A stretch of DNA of 64,000 bases from Callorhinchus milii (lineage: Eukaryota), in the NCBI RefSeq assembly GCF_018977255.1, contig NW_024704756.1, forward strand, positions 5,704,001-5,768,000, read 5' to 3'. The notes under the pieces were generated by a model. It was not told where the DNA came from and searched no databases. It saw nothing but the letters and a program-made list of their open reading frames with translations. A program made the translations under genes and the position numbers. This document shows positions 12,913 to 25,804 of this stretch, piece by piece; position 1 is the first letter of the stretch; each line of letters opens with the position of its first letter.

Positions 12913-13934
12913 TTATATTAATCCAGTTCCTTTTGAATGATTCTATTGATCCAGCCTTAAATCTGGGGCATTCAAAGGTAGAAAGGGAATTGCTGTGAGT
13001 TAAGTAGTTTTACATTTCGTTCATTCATTCTATAATATTAAGCTTAGCAAATTACAGAAAGTGAGATTCGTAGCTACCTTAACTGCCCACATGTGGCATC
13101 TTTTGATGTAATAGCTGTCGTGCACCTTTTAAAGATCATGAGCATCTCTTGTTTCCCTTACAGGGACGATACACATATTTCATCCCAGATATGTCTTCCA
13201 CATACAGCCTCCCAAAATAGAACATAATCTCAAAGTCTGAAATAATGTTTGGCAACAATAAATGTATCCAGTAAATCTAATCCTTGTACGTGCTCACAAC
13301 CCTCTGAATTGCGTACTATTGCATTGCATTAATATTGCATTAAAGCAGCCTTAAAATGTAATTGGACATTAAAGACTCGTCCCAACACATCTCTCTCAAT
13401 CTCAGTAAAGCTTCTGTAGATTTGCTGGGTCTCTCCTAATTGTTAAGGCCTGGCTTTGCTGCTGCTGGGAAGCTTGCTGTTCCCAACAATGGAGTCCACC
13501 TGGGAAGTTATTTCTGGATACAAACTGACCTGTAGAACCGGCTGCTCACAAGACAAAAGGAAGTCACTTGCTCCCTGCCCTGTGTTTTTAAATAATTTAT
13601 TCAGGTTTGGAACCTACCATATGTTATGTGTTAGGGAGTGTGACAAGTACCATTTCCAAATATTAATAACCTCTCTTGTGCATTCTGATTGTTAACTTAT
13701 TACCGACAACGACAACAAAAATGGCTGAAACCTGCAGACTTGCTCACTGGTTGGGGAGCACATTTCCCTAGAGAAACAACCACTTTCAACTGCAACTGCA
13801 ATGCTGGGACACGTACAAATGAATACTCATGCACACACCTGAGACGCTGGTGTATAAAAGACAGAGTTTCTACACTGTTACATATAACTGCAGCCCATTC
13901 AGCCTAACTAATCGGTGACAGTGAGCTGACACTA

Positions 13935-14275
13935 CGATGCAATGGTGGGGAGAGGGGTTGCATTGTCAGAGGTGCCATCCTTCAGATAAGACGTTAAACT
14001 GTCTGTGTATGTGTGTGTGTGCTCTGCCTGCTCAGGTGGACGTTGAAGATCCCATGGCGCTATTTAAAAAGAGAAGGAAGTTTCTACCCGTTTCCTGGCC
14101 ATCAAATCTCCCAAATAAAAAATTGGTCACTCTCCATGGCTATTTGTGGGGCATCGCCATGCGCAAACTGTCTGCCCATAAAATATACATTCAGTCCACT
14201 TTACAGTGTATCCTCTGAGGCGCTTTGAGACGTCTTGACAATGTGATAAGATGCTAAATCAAATGCAAGGTTTTC
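13935..14275 (+). mobile_element. Older DeuSINE copy lacking its head
   Basis: gaggtgccatccttcagataagacgttaaac...caggtggacgttgaagatcccatggc...tttgtggggcatcgccatgcgcaaa...aaatgcaagg. Confidence 0.8.
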
Positions 14276-16205
14276 TTATGAAGGAATTCCAGTTAGAAAT
14301 CCCACTGAACCCAAGGGGAACTCCGCTCTGAGAGTAGGCAGCAGTGGGCTGGAGATCCCCAGTTCAACATATGTATTCCTAGTTACCAGAAGCAGTTTCC
14401 CCGACACCATTCATGGTGCTTAGAAATGTCACCATTCCGATTTCAAAATGCACATTTATGAGTTGGAGCACCTGCCATTGCACACAAATTCAGAGTACGA
14501 TTAGAGACCAATTGCAAAAGCGCCGCTCAGCTGGACTTTATTTAAACATCAGTATTGCAGTCACCACTATAAACCTGCAGAGAAGAGCTCCCAGAATTAC
14601 TCAAACATCTCTCTCCTTCTCCTCCCCAACCCCTTTTCCATTTGTCCTTGCGTGTGACTTGTCACGTTATTCTTTTTAAAATCCTAATTGTATTTAAAAT
14701 ACACGGTCTTTAATCCGTGCCATTTCAAAACTGTATTCTGTTCTGCGTGTAGTTTCACAGGCTAAATGCTCCAGTTCACAATGTTGGATTATAAAGTGAG
14801 GAACTGCAGAGACCCGCAGTGAATCTCAAGTGCGGTTTCACGACAGTAATTACTATGGGAAGGCAATAGCTGAGCTGTTCACAGCGCAGTCTCCCTTGGC
14901 TATGACAGAGTAACACACTGCACCTTGTGAGGCTGATATTGTGCTAAATGTGACATTATTTCTGTAAAGATCACTTGTAATCAGCACTGTTAAAGCATTA
15001 TTTTCTGAGTACATTAGACAGGCCTGCATAGATTTGACTCCCTCAATGGTTCACATTTCATTACTTTTACGATATCAATGCAGATGCTTTGCTCTTATTT
15101 ATCCTTCTGCCCTCCCTCCCTAACCTACTCTATCCAGACTGCCCCACAATCTCCCACACACAAACACACCCATATCTGCTATTACGATGCTTGGAGGGGA
15201 CAGGCTTGAAGAGGATTGAAGGGCTACTTGTTCATTGCTGTCTTGCTTAGCATAAATAGGGCTGTTTAGTCTTTATGTTGTGCTCATAGTTATGACAGTT
15301 TCATATTGTTCTATCACTACTAAATTATTAGTCAATTGAGGTACAATTTAAGAGACAGCTGTGTAGGAAATGTAATATACTGTGGTTGGGTTGTGAAAGC
15401 AACCTTTTGTGTGCAATATTTTCCTTCAGCTCATTTTAACCAGCACTGGTCAGCCCTAATCCTTTAAGGCAACATCTGTAGCACCATTGGTGCGTACAGC
15501 AATAATTTCTCCATTGTAGACCACAGTTAGAATTTACCGCAGAAATCATGATGTGATTGCTTTGTTCGGAATTGTAAGGCACTTCATTGAGGTGCTTCGT
15601 TTTTGAAGATCTTATTTCATGGAAGGAAACCAGAAGTTGGTTCTCACTAGTATTACACGTGAGGTTATAGCACAGGTTGCTTCAGGGTCAATTTTCTGAA
15701 AGGAGAGAGTTCAGAGGTGGGATTTTTGGTTGCAAGGTTACCTTTGGACGGAACTTGCAGAACATAAAGAAAGCAAAGAGATTCAGAGTAAAGCACAGGA
15801 TAATTATAGAGGGGAGGAAAGACTAGTGTACAAATGGGACAATGTGTGAAATAGGATGAATACTGAGATACTTAAGGAGTTAAAGGAGTGGAGGGAGCTG
15901 ATATCACAGACATAGGAAGCAAGAGTTGGCAGACTGGAGCAGTAATGAAGGGGAGAAAAGGTTAGATTTTCTGAGCTGTAAGACGAGTGTTAGAGAAGGA
16001 GGGCCAAGTGACAGATAGGATTGTCTATTAAGAGGCAGTGTAATCATTTATTGCAGGAAGTAAGTGGTGTTGAAGATCATAACTTTCTGCTCCAAATCAG
16101 TATCCAGTGACCTCTACTGGAACATGCATGGATGCAGACATCTTTGAAACCTATTTTTTCTTGTGGGTATTGCCTTAAAATTGAAGATTGTGCCTTAGTT
16201 AGTCT

Positions 16206-16383
16206 ACAACAACAACAACAACAACAACTTGGATTTATATAGCGCCTTCCACGCCGGACGCGTTTCAGAGCACTTATTGTCTACACAATGCACAGCCACC
16301 ACACATTTCAGTATATCCTGTGACGGCATTCGGGTGTCTTGCCAGCATTAAAGGCTCTATATCAAATCCAAGGATTATTATTG
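16206..16383. mobile_element. Two retroposon 3' tails joined head-to-head
   Basis: 16206-16275 is a minus-strand tail ((aac)n ttggatttatatagcgcc); 16281-16383 is a plus-strand tail (ctatatcaaatccaaggattattatt). Confidence 0.7.
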
Positions 16384-16554
16384 TTAATAAGCAATTCTAA
16401 AACTGTGGTCTTAATCTTAAGAAAATGGGAAATGGCAGGTGAGCTGGATGGGGCTGTGGTTAAATGGTTTTCAAATACTCACTGAAAAAAAAATTGAATT
16501 TCTGTAGCACCTTTTACATCAAAATGTCTCAAAAGCACTTTACAGTAATTGGAA

Positions 16555-16750
16555 AATAATAATAATCCTTGCATTTGAAGTGCCATCTTTCACATCAGGA
16601 TGATCTATCAAGTGTACTGACTGTACGTTTTGTAGGCGAACCGGTCAGCCAATTTGCGCCCCGCAATGTCTCATAAACGGCCACAAAGTGAATGATCAGT
16701 TTTATCTGGGACATTGTTGGCCGGGGACCTGGGGAGAAACAACCTTCTCG
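16555..16750 (-). mobile_element. Deu-domain SINE fragment
   Basis: aataataatccttgcatttg...cagccaatttgcgc...gcaatgtctcataaac. Confidence 0.78.
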
Positions 16751-17316
16751 AGTTCAGTTAATTCACTACAGAACAGGAAACCCACTGAGCCAGCAGATGT
16801 CAAGGTGTCCACAGTCCTGGGTTGCTCACAGAAACTGTCTCAAAACACCTACCAATTTATCTGTGGAGATGAATTGTCACTGTTTCTCCACTGTATCACT
16901 TTCGCCTGTTGTCACAGATGTTTCGTTAACATCCTGTTAAAATAAATATTGAAGAGAAACAGTTTGGATCTCAAAATGGGGAGCACTGCACCTCATTCGC
17001 AAAGCTTGTTAATCTGCTGTGGAAGTTTTTGTCAGTGAAAGACAGGAACGAGTAATTTTTGCAGATGTTAGCAGGCAACCTTAGGCACAAAGCTTATCTG
17101 GAAAAAGGTGATAATTCAATGGCATTTGACTGAAGATGAGCTGATTAGTTCAAGAAGGCTTTTATCTATCAAGTCTGCAACAGCAGACAAAAAATAGACT
17201 GTTTTGTAGATGCTGAAGGAATCCATGTTCTACTGCAGAATAGAGTCTTGCTGTGTGATTGCAAGATGCTGTGATCTTTATTTTAAACATCCGTGTTTTT
17301 TATCTTTTCTCTTTAG

Positions 17317-17375
17317 TCGGAGAATTACTCCATCGAGTCAAGCTATGTGAACAGCAGACAGCACCTTATTAAAAG
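17317..17375 (+). CDS. pcdh19: Protocadherin-19 internal coding exon (59 nt; equivalent to human exon 4)
   Basis: Polypyrimidine tract and tttag acceptor (17300-17316), AG|gtaag donor. Translates SENYSIESSYVNSRQHLIK(S), close to my recollection of PCDH19 ...NYSFDSNYVNSRAHLIKS. The phase-2 end fits the next exon. Confidence 0.93.
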
Positions 17376-19711
17376 GTAAGTCATGATGGTTTTTACATTA
17401 AACAGTGTGAATGCATTCAGATAATGAATGCCGTCTGCTTTGGTGCCCTTTTCTCATTATTGTTAGAAACCTGTTGTAATCCATTTACCTGACATCGTAT
17501 AATTTGATCGCAAAATTCTCTTGGATCAGGCTCTTTTTTTAAAAAAAAACAATATTCTGCTGGGAAACATTGCACGAGACTGTTTGGAGTAGAGCAATCT
17601 CATCTCAAGTCACAGTTTAAACCACCGAGAAGCGTACATTACGGAGGCTTTGGGAAGAAGAGACTCGGATCTGCTCAGCCTGTCAATCCCAGTGACGGCC
17701 ACCAACAGAACACTGTCTCAGGAAAGGCATTTTAAATACAACAGTAATGAGCAGCAGGAAAGTGAGGTTGTACAACTGGAAGGATACAAATTAGAAAAGC
17801 TCCCAATATCTCTTGCCAAACTTCAGCGGCTACAACTTGCAGTTACATGGCATTTCTGTCATGCAGAATTCAAGCACTTAACAATCAACACCTGGACGAG
17901 AGAGTTAAGGGTGTTGATCAAAAGGCCCAATTAAAAAAATAAACTTTTTATAAGGAGTCTTTGGAAGGCAGGGAAAGAGGAAGCTTAAAGAGAATAGATT
18001 TAGGAAGAGAGTTGCAGAAGACAAAGAGGCGATGTAGTTAAAAGCTCAGCCGAAGTGGTGGGATATTTAGAATGAGCAATGGCGACTGAACATGAGAGAA
18101 TGCAATCAGTGGATAAATTTGTGGCTTGAAAAGATTCTCTAGACGTAGACATGCATAAATGGGAGCTCCACTGCGTGAAATGTCTGCTCTCTGCATTCCT
18201 CTGTGCCCCTCAGACACCGGAGCTCAAATGATAGAATAGAAAGGGAGAAGAAAAGGCTTGTTGTAGTTTGCTAGGAATTTAAGAAGATTGGCATTTCCAC
18301 TGGTCGGTAAAGTTACTAGCCTTGGGCCATGTGCATTTCGCTATTATCAGAATTGAACGGCAAGATCAGTAACTTTACCTGAACAGCGGAATGTCATTCC
18401 TCACCCCACACTCACCATAATAAAAGGCGGTATTAAAGAGAAAATGTGCAGCTGAGAAGAGGCATGAAAAAATGAATGCTTAACTCCAGGTCAAGACCTG
18501 GTATTAATGGGCTTCACAAAGGGAAGAATTTGAAGTCTCACCACAGCTTTGATAGAAGTGAACACAATAGCTCAGAGCAGATTTCTTTCCGAGAGCTCAT
18601 GAGAGGTGGAGCAGGGGGGAGAGGGGAGGGGAACGACATTTCAATGGAGGAGCGAGGGGGGGGGGGGGGGGGGGGTAAAATAAACCTACCCACTGGCATG
18701 AAAATACAAAGAAAACTGCCTTCCCCACCAAGTCAGAACTAGAGCAAACTCACACCTACAGAACACCATAGTCTTCCATTTAGACACATTTGTCAAAGAA
18801 CAATTGAGGGACAGAGCAACCTTCAACTGGTTTCTGGGGTATCGGCTCACATGAACACACACACAGCCCATCCACCCTACTGGACCATAAGAATCTTCTT
18901 CATTTTTATCAATAATTAAAAAGGTAGAGAGATAAACAACCTGTAGAGGTTATGTTTTCACTCTTTCTTCGTGTTTATGTACCCTACATAGAAAAAGCCA
19001 TAAATAATAAATACCTGTATTCTGCAGAGATGGGGAGAGCTAGGCCACGATTCTAAGGAGCTGCAGATTTTAAATGTTTTTATATATGTGTGTGTATATA
19101 TATACACACACACATGCACAAAACTGCTCTGCTACCTCGAACAGAATGGCATTTCACAGAAATAAACTAGACGGCTTCACCCCATGTCCTTCATCCTTTG
19201 GGGAAATGGTTTGCAGAGTAGTTTCATTACAAAATGCAAATTTGTCAAGGACCAGTTGCAGAGATCTGTATTAGTTACCTAGGAAAAAACATTTTTATAT
19301 TCAACAATTGGAGAGGATTCTTTGATCTCTCAAAGGCCTTTTTTTCCCCTCCCAGCCCCCCCCCCCCTCCCCCCAACCATCACCTTTCCATCTACACTCA
19401 GCACTCTGATTTTGTCACCTTTTCCACTCATTGAGATGGCAGTGACTCATTTAATAGTAGGGTTTTACAGGAGGCAGCAACACTGCAGTACCTTAAGCGC
19501 TGGTCATAACTGCATATCTACAGGATATGGAGCCACAACATGCCAGGAAGAATCCCCCCCCCCACTCACCCAACACTCACACTCAACAATGCTTCCCACA
19601 GAGGATCAGTGGAGACCAATTCCAGTTAGCAGCATTTTCCAAGTTTCCCACTCTGGGATGTTAATGACGATAGTAACATTCTCATCACCTTCCAGCTCAT
19701 ATCATCTAACT

Positions 19712-19970
19712 CAACAACAAGGACATTTGCATTTACACAGGGGACCTTTACATACAATGCAAAGCGCTCAACAAACACAGCGGCGGACACTGAGCAGGGA
19801 AATGAGATTTAAAGAGTTGCGGTCAAAGAGATATACTTTTCAGAGGTTTTTCCAAGGCAGGAAGTGAGTTACAAAAGCAAAGTCGTTTCGGGAACAGTAA
19901 TCCAGAGGAGAAAGCTCAGCGGAGTGGAAAGGCATGAGGAATGAGCATTAAACCAGAGTTGGAAGAGCGA
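19712..19970 (-). mobile_element. Degenerate L2-type 3' end
   Basis: caacaacaa...ttgcatttacacagggacc...aaagcgct tail, similar to 7343-7550. A similar relic lies at ~17861-18060. Confidence 0.55.
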
Positions 19971-21829
19971 AAACAAAAGGTTGAGTAACATTGCACAACT
20001 AGAACCTGGTTCAGAACCCCACATAATGCATTAACTTATTTAAAACATTCGGCCTGGTGGAGTGGGGTGGGAGAGGGGCAAAAATACTTTGGCTTTGCGA
20101 AAGGTTTTTCTGTAAAATATCATGGAACATAATGAAATCCATATTTCTACGTCCAGTCATAAATTGGAATATGTTTTGGTTTAGGTAAACAAAAGTTGCA
20201 CTATTTCAACGTTTTATAGCTGTTGGATGTTTTTTGTTGCCTGAATTTTGAGCAACCAGTGGGCTATTGAATGTCAATTACAGCTTAAACTCTGTACCGT
20301 TTCTCTGCAGAATTGCCACGTAAATTTTTAATGTGAAGCGCTGTAAAGCTGAAGAGAAATGCACTGCGCCTGGAATATTACTGAATTCACAATGTTCTCT
20401 AAATGAACTAAAAAAAATCTGTAATGAGCTATATTATTTATTTCAGTGTCAAAATCCTCCCTGAACACTGAGAGCAGGATGGCAACACTAGTCAGCTGGG
20501 GAGTCTCTCTCAATTTCGTGCCAGATATAATTAACCTTCTCGTTTCTCAGGCAGATGTAATTTGAGGGAAAGAAATGGGTTGGTTAGGTAGGGCTGGGAA
20601 AACCTGGGGCTATCTCTTCCCAATGCTGAGCTACATTTCGTCACTTACACACACAGTCACAATCACTCACTCACTCACTCACATACACAGATCCTGAAAG
20701 ATCCCATTGCTGCAGCAGCAAATCTCATCTCTACATCTTGAATTACATGGAATAGAAAATGGAATAAGGTTGTCGAGTCGGTGGGTTTATCAGGAAGTCA
20801 ATGAATGTGGCCCCTTGCAGACGAGGACACATCGTCATGCCTCAATCAGCATTGAGCTGTGGCATGGGATGGACCACAGAGTTTTAAATATATAATTATA
20901 CATATATATGTAGGTCACAGGGCCTGAAACTAATGGTGCAGGTTTCACTGTGCCTTGTGCATGTGATGATGTGGTCACATTCCCACTGAGAAGCTGACAG
21001 TGCTGGTGAAGGAAGGAAAAAACATTACACAGTCACATATTTCGAGGCATCTCGAAGGTATTTAAAAATTCCACACAGATTGAGAGATATCATTAATTTA
21101 GATGGGGCTGATACCATCTTTTTCTGGGTTTGCACACATGTCAGAGATGTACATTTTCTCTTTCTCTCTCCTCTGCTTATTTTCAAGATCATCTTGAAAA
21201 CACGAAATAAACACCTTTTTTATTTCATTATAGAATACATAGTTCTGTGTTACGAAAACTGCCCAAACTTGTTGTCCTTTCTTTGCTTTTAAAGTACATA
21301 GAACATTTTTAAAAAAAAATAGATATCTAATTAAATCTGATGATACAAGAAAATAGTCTCCCTTTTAATGTGATTCACTATATCGCAATCGTTTTTTTTG
21401 TGGCTTTTTAAATTCCATGGCAACAATCTGGCCACAATGATTTCACCATCAAATCAGTTCAGTGACACACAAAAGATCACCACCTCAGTCAATCCTGAGA
21501 ACATGAAATTGACCTGAAATTGACTAGGAGTCCCCGGGAAAAAAAATATAGGGCAGCTTTAACACAAGCCATTTACCAGAGCAAGAGAAGAAGGGAATAG
21601 AAACAGAACTAAATTTGCTTTGTCTTACTTAGGAACAGAAATCCTCTTAGAGAAAAAAATGACCCCTTGACTTTGATACATTTTGACACAGGTTGTAATG
21701 TATGGCAATATATTTTTGATATACTTCAATATGAAGCAATATGTATTGCAATACATTTCTTTTCCATAAGGGGTACATTATCTGATACTGCTTGGCATGA
21801 CAATAAATCAGTCTTGCTTCACACTTCAG

Positions 21830-22002
21830 TAGTTCCACATTCAAGGATCTGGAAAGAAACAGTCTCAAGGACAGCGGACACGAAGAAAGTGACCAAACTG
21901 ACAGCGAACATGATGTGCACCGAGGCCTGTACTGTGACACAGCCATCAATGAAGTACTGAATACAACTCTTAATTCCACTGGCTCGCAGGTACCTGAGCA
22001 AG
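21830..22002 (+). CDS. pcdh19: Protocadherin-19 internal coding exon (173 nt; equivalent to human exon 5) with delta-protocadherin CM1 motif
   Basis: cttcag acceptor, AAG|gtaagg donor. Translates (S)[57 protein letters not shown](D). In frame with both neighbouring exons. Confidence 0.95.
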
Positions 22003-22320
22003 GTAAGGCGATGAAAGAACTTGGGGGTGAAATGTACAGCCTTTAATAGTGGGTTCTTTGGACAAGGATTACGAACTCGACAAATGACACCTCTTTGAGA
22101 GAAAAATTCTTCTCTTCTTTTGTACTTATTTGAAGACAATTTCACCTTTGAGAAATAATCATATAGTATGTTTTGTGAGCGAACGGGGCAGCCGATTGCG
22201 GACAGCAGTGTCCGACAAGCAGTCATAGATCGAGTGCTCCAAATTATTATTATTTATTTTTGAAATGAATACTATGCATAATTAGGATATAATACTCCTA
22301 TATACATTTGGCAACTAGAC

Positions 22321-22452
22321 TAATAATAATAATCCTTGCATTTGATATAGTCCCTTATCACGTCATTGAGACATCTCAACTCGCTTCACAGGATACACTG
22401 CAAAATGGATCGACTGTATTTTGAGGGCAAATAGCCAATTGCGCACAGCAGA
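22321..22452 (-). mobile_element. Dominant SINE 3' fragment
   Basis: taataataataatccttgcatttgatatag...cgcttcacagg...gccaattgcgcacagc. Confidence 0.85.
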
Positions 22453-23189
22453 GTAACTCGCATCCAATTCTATAAATAATGAAATTAAATATCCTATGGA
22501 AAATCCTTTTCAAATCACATTTATTTTTGTAGGACAGATTGTAAATTAATTGAAGTTTTCACTACTTTACGGAATATAATATCTTATAGGGTGGTTTTCT
22601 GATACTGCAAGATTTTTTTTAACAATAATATTCCTTGTATTTGAAATTGCGCCCTTCGTGACAGGAAGGATGATTCAGGGTTATGCAGGATTTACTGGAA
22701 AGTTTGGTGACTGTGTAACTTGTAATGTTGTTGTTGTTGGTTTGTTCAATGAGGTAGCATCTATTTGGGTAGGTCGAGCCACAAGAAATGCATTCATTCT
22801 AGACATAGTAATTTCACAGGAAAATGGTTTCACAGTACATTTCAATGCTGTTAAGGCATTGAGCCTTGTGCTTTAACAGGAAAAAGTTTGACAAGCATTT
22901 TTTCACATAGATGGTGCTTTTCAGCTTGGGAGATCCTAGCTATAAACGAGATACCAGAGATGGAAGAGGCACATTGCCGCAACATTTACCTGAATTTTTT
23001 TTAAAAAAACACTGGAGGGGGAGTAAGGGGGAGTCAGTGAATTGGGAGCATATATTCACAAATCTCTGTTTTTGTGCATCAAATTCCAACCTTGATCAGG
23101 CACTATTAATTCCTGCCCTCAGGATGTTAGTGCTACATTCCCATTCATTGCATTGGATGAACACTGTTTTGTCACACTGGATAAATACA

Positions 23190-23414
23190 GTTAAAATTTG
23201 GAATGATCTGCCCGAAAGGGCAGTGAAGTCCGATTCGATAACAGCTTTTAAGAGAGAACTGGATAGGTATCTGGAGAAGACAGGTTTGCAGGGTTATGGG
23301 GAGAAAGCTGGTGAGTGGGGTTAATAAAAGTCAATTGCTCTGTCAAAGAGCCGGCACAGACTCAATGGGCTGAATGGCCTCCTTCTGTGCCGTAACATTC
23401 TATGATTCTATGAT
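23190..23414 (+). mobile_element. CR1-type LINE 3' end
   Basis: VKIWNDLPERAVKSDSITAFKRELDRYLEKTGLQGYGEKAGEW*, then atgggctgaatggcctccttctgtgc and an (attctatg)n tail. Confidence 0.9.
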
Positions 23415-23739
23415 AAATAAAAAAGGCAATGAACTTAGATCAAGGCCATCTCGTTGGGGGAAAAAACAGCAACGGCCACTTTGACTGAAATCTGCTGCAA
23501 ACATGGAGGTAATGTAATGTCTGCGCCAGCATCCTGGCATGTTCGAAACTCCCGATTTCCAATTCATTTTAATGGGAGCACCAAGCTGGTTCAGCTTTGC
23601 CGCCAACACATCTGTGGCTGTTCGGCATTTACTTGTACAAAAATAAAGGAGAGCTGCTGTGTAGCCTTGACTCAGTGAGCATGCAGAGCCCCGCTTCTTT
23701 CCTATTTAAACGAATATCAATCTGAGTTCTATTAATGTT

Positions 23740-23757
23740 CAGCCTCCTGGTGGCAGA
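23740..23757 (-). promoter_or_regulatory. Candidate CTCF site in the last pcdh19 intron
   Basis: Minus strand TCTGCCACCAGGAGGCTG resembles the consensus GCCACCAGGGGGCGC; motif match only. Confidence 0.35.
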
Positions 23758-24032
23758 CTGATATCAGATGTAAATATATCACTTCAGACACTGTGGGTGA
23801 TAGTTGCTTCAGTTGTGGATTCCCTGTGTGGACTGTGTTCGTGCAAGCTCTACAGATCCCCATGGATACGACAGTCACTGAAAGCTGCCTTATCTGACAT
23901 CAGGTAATTCTTCCTGTGGATCTAGTTCTCGAGCGCACCATAAATTCCTGGCAGCTCGCACAAAATTGGCAACGTACTATACATTCAATCACATCAGCGA
24001 TCAAACAACAACGGAAGAAAAATCTCTTAAAG

Positions 24033-24058
24033 TATATATATATATATATATATATATA
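24033..24058. repeat. (TA)n microsatellite
   Basis: About 13 TA units. Confidence 0.95.
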
Positions 24059-24526
24059 GCACCTCCCCAAATGGTGCAAAATTCCTATTTATTTTGCTTT
24101 TTTTGGGGGTAGTTCGTTTCCCCTGCCCCTTTTATTAGTTTCAGACCCCAAACGAAATGCAAATGATTTAGCATCAGTTTTCCCACGAGCCTGCGTTGCC
24201 TCAGATTGAGAGAGGTGGTACTTCTGGCTGTAATGGCACCTCAGCACGAGCCGCACTTCACACCGGTTCAGAATCAGCTGTTGGCTGATAAATCCCAGCG
24301 AGGCCTTGCAGCTCGAACCAACTAACATGCGAAGCAGCACTTCCCATTCCCCGACAGAGAGAGAGAGGGAGGGATAAGTCAACTGCTCCCAACCTTAACC
24401 CACTGCCTTCCTGGAGTCTAAAGAGGTGTGCGGGAATGTAGTCCACATAGAAGCACCATTCGTTACCTTGCTCCACTCACTGAAGAATTTGACATCCAAG
24501 TGACACATCTGAGATTATTAAACACC

Positions 24527-24633
24527 CGCGAAATATATAGTCACTACACTTTACAGCATATTCTGTGAAGCGCTTTGGGAAATCTTGAGGATGTGATAAG
24601 GTGCTGTTCAAATGCAAGGATTATTATTATATT
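24527..24633 (+). mobile_element. Dominant SINE 3' fragment
   Basis: cactttacagcatattctgtgaagcgctttggg...caaatgcaaggattattat. Confidence 0.82.
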
Positions 24634-25505
24634 AAACACTTGGCAAAGATTTGAGAACAAATCCTTTCTCAATGCTTTGTTACCCCCCCCTCACCTTAGC
24701 TTTTACTCCCAATTCTTTTAAACCCAGTTGGCATTGGTGCATTGGTAGTATCATTTGCTCTGACTCCCCACACTTCTGAAGTGGTTGGTAACGTTCACAC
24801 AGGGGCCAGTTTTATTTTAAAATCAATACTTGTTGCAATTTACAGTCGCCATTGGAGATTATGGAGCGAACAATGGTTAGTTGGTTGGGGATATTATACT
24901 TAATCTAATCAAGTGCTCCAAATACCATCTGTGGCAGCAAGCAAAGCTTGACCCATTTGTGACTGGGATCCTGAGATTAGATTCCATCTGTTCTTATGTC
25001 CAATACATATTGTTTAACTTGTGGGTTAGGCGTTTCTCACTGACATCTTCTGTTAATGAGCTATAGTTCTTGATGACTTTCACTCAAGCGGATCAACGCA
25101 TGTAGCGTCATTCCTGCAGTTTTCCTGCAAGATAATCAGGTAGATTAGCAGGAATTTCTATGTGTGCTTCTTATTATGAAGGATTAATAGGAAAAACAAG
25201 CAACAGGAAAGTGATTTTTTTAGCATGAAGTACCTTTCTACCATCTAGATAATACAAAAGTAATTTAAAATGTGTTCCTACCATCTCCCACACTGCCTTA
25301 GTGCCACAGCTAGTCAATAATAGATTATACCGACCAGGAGGCTGCAGGTTCGAATCTTGCAAAGTGCTGAGGTACCTGCAATTATTCTCAGGAAAGGGAC
25401 CACTATCCAGTGTCCCATGATAAGGACAGGATTGGTTTTAGCTGTGAAGCTCCAATAGCCTCACAGCCTGTTGACACTCAGATCCGAACCTCACGGATGA
25501 AGAAT

Positions 25506-25804
25506 GAGTCTTGTAGCTCAGTGGTTAGAACACTCGCTTTGCAAGTGAGAGACCTGAGTTCAATTCCAGGCAGGGCGAAACCTTGGGCAAGTTTCCTTAC
25601 TCCACACGCCTAATAATAATCCCTCCAAAACAAAAAACAATAATAAATTGGTCATTTTCAATCTACGACTGTTTGTGGGACATTGCTGTGCGCAATTGGC
25701 TGCCGCGTTCGCCCACAAATATACAGTCAATTCACTTTACAGTATATTCTGTGAAGCGCTTTGGGACGTGAAAAGCGCTATATCAAATGCAAGGATTATT
25801 ATTA
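25506..25804 (+). mobile_element. Full-length tRNA(Ala)-derived SINE (TGC head), young
   Basis: A-box tagctcagtgg, anticodon-like arm ctcgc-tttgcaa-gtgag, B-box gttcaattcc, Deu-like core, L2-like tail with (att)n. Highly similar to 37736-38043. Confidence 0.92.

Noticed and set aside
19322-19867. 181-aa plus-strand ORF in intron 4
   Set aside because: Starts at a non-ATG codon, crosses poly-C tracts and ends in an antisense L2 tail
22911-23324. 137-aa ORF
   Set aside because: Only the last ~45 residues are meaningful, and they are a CR1 ORF2 C-terminal remnant
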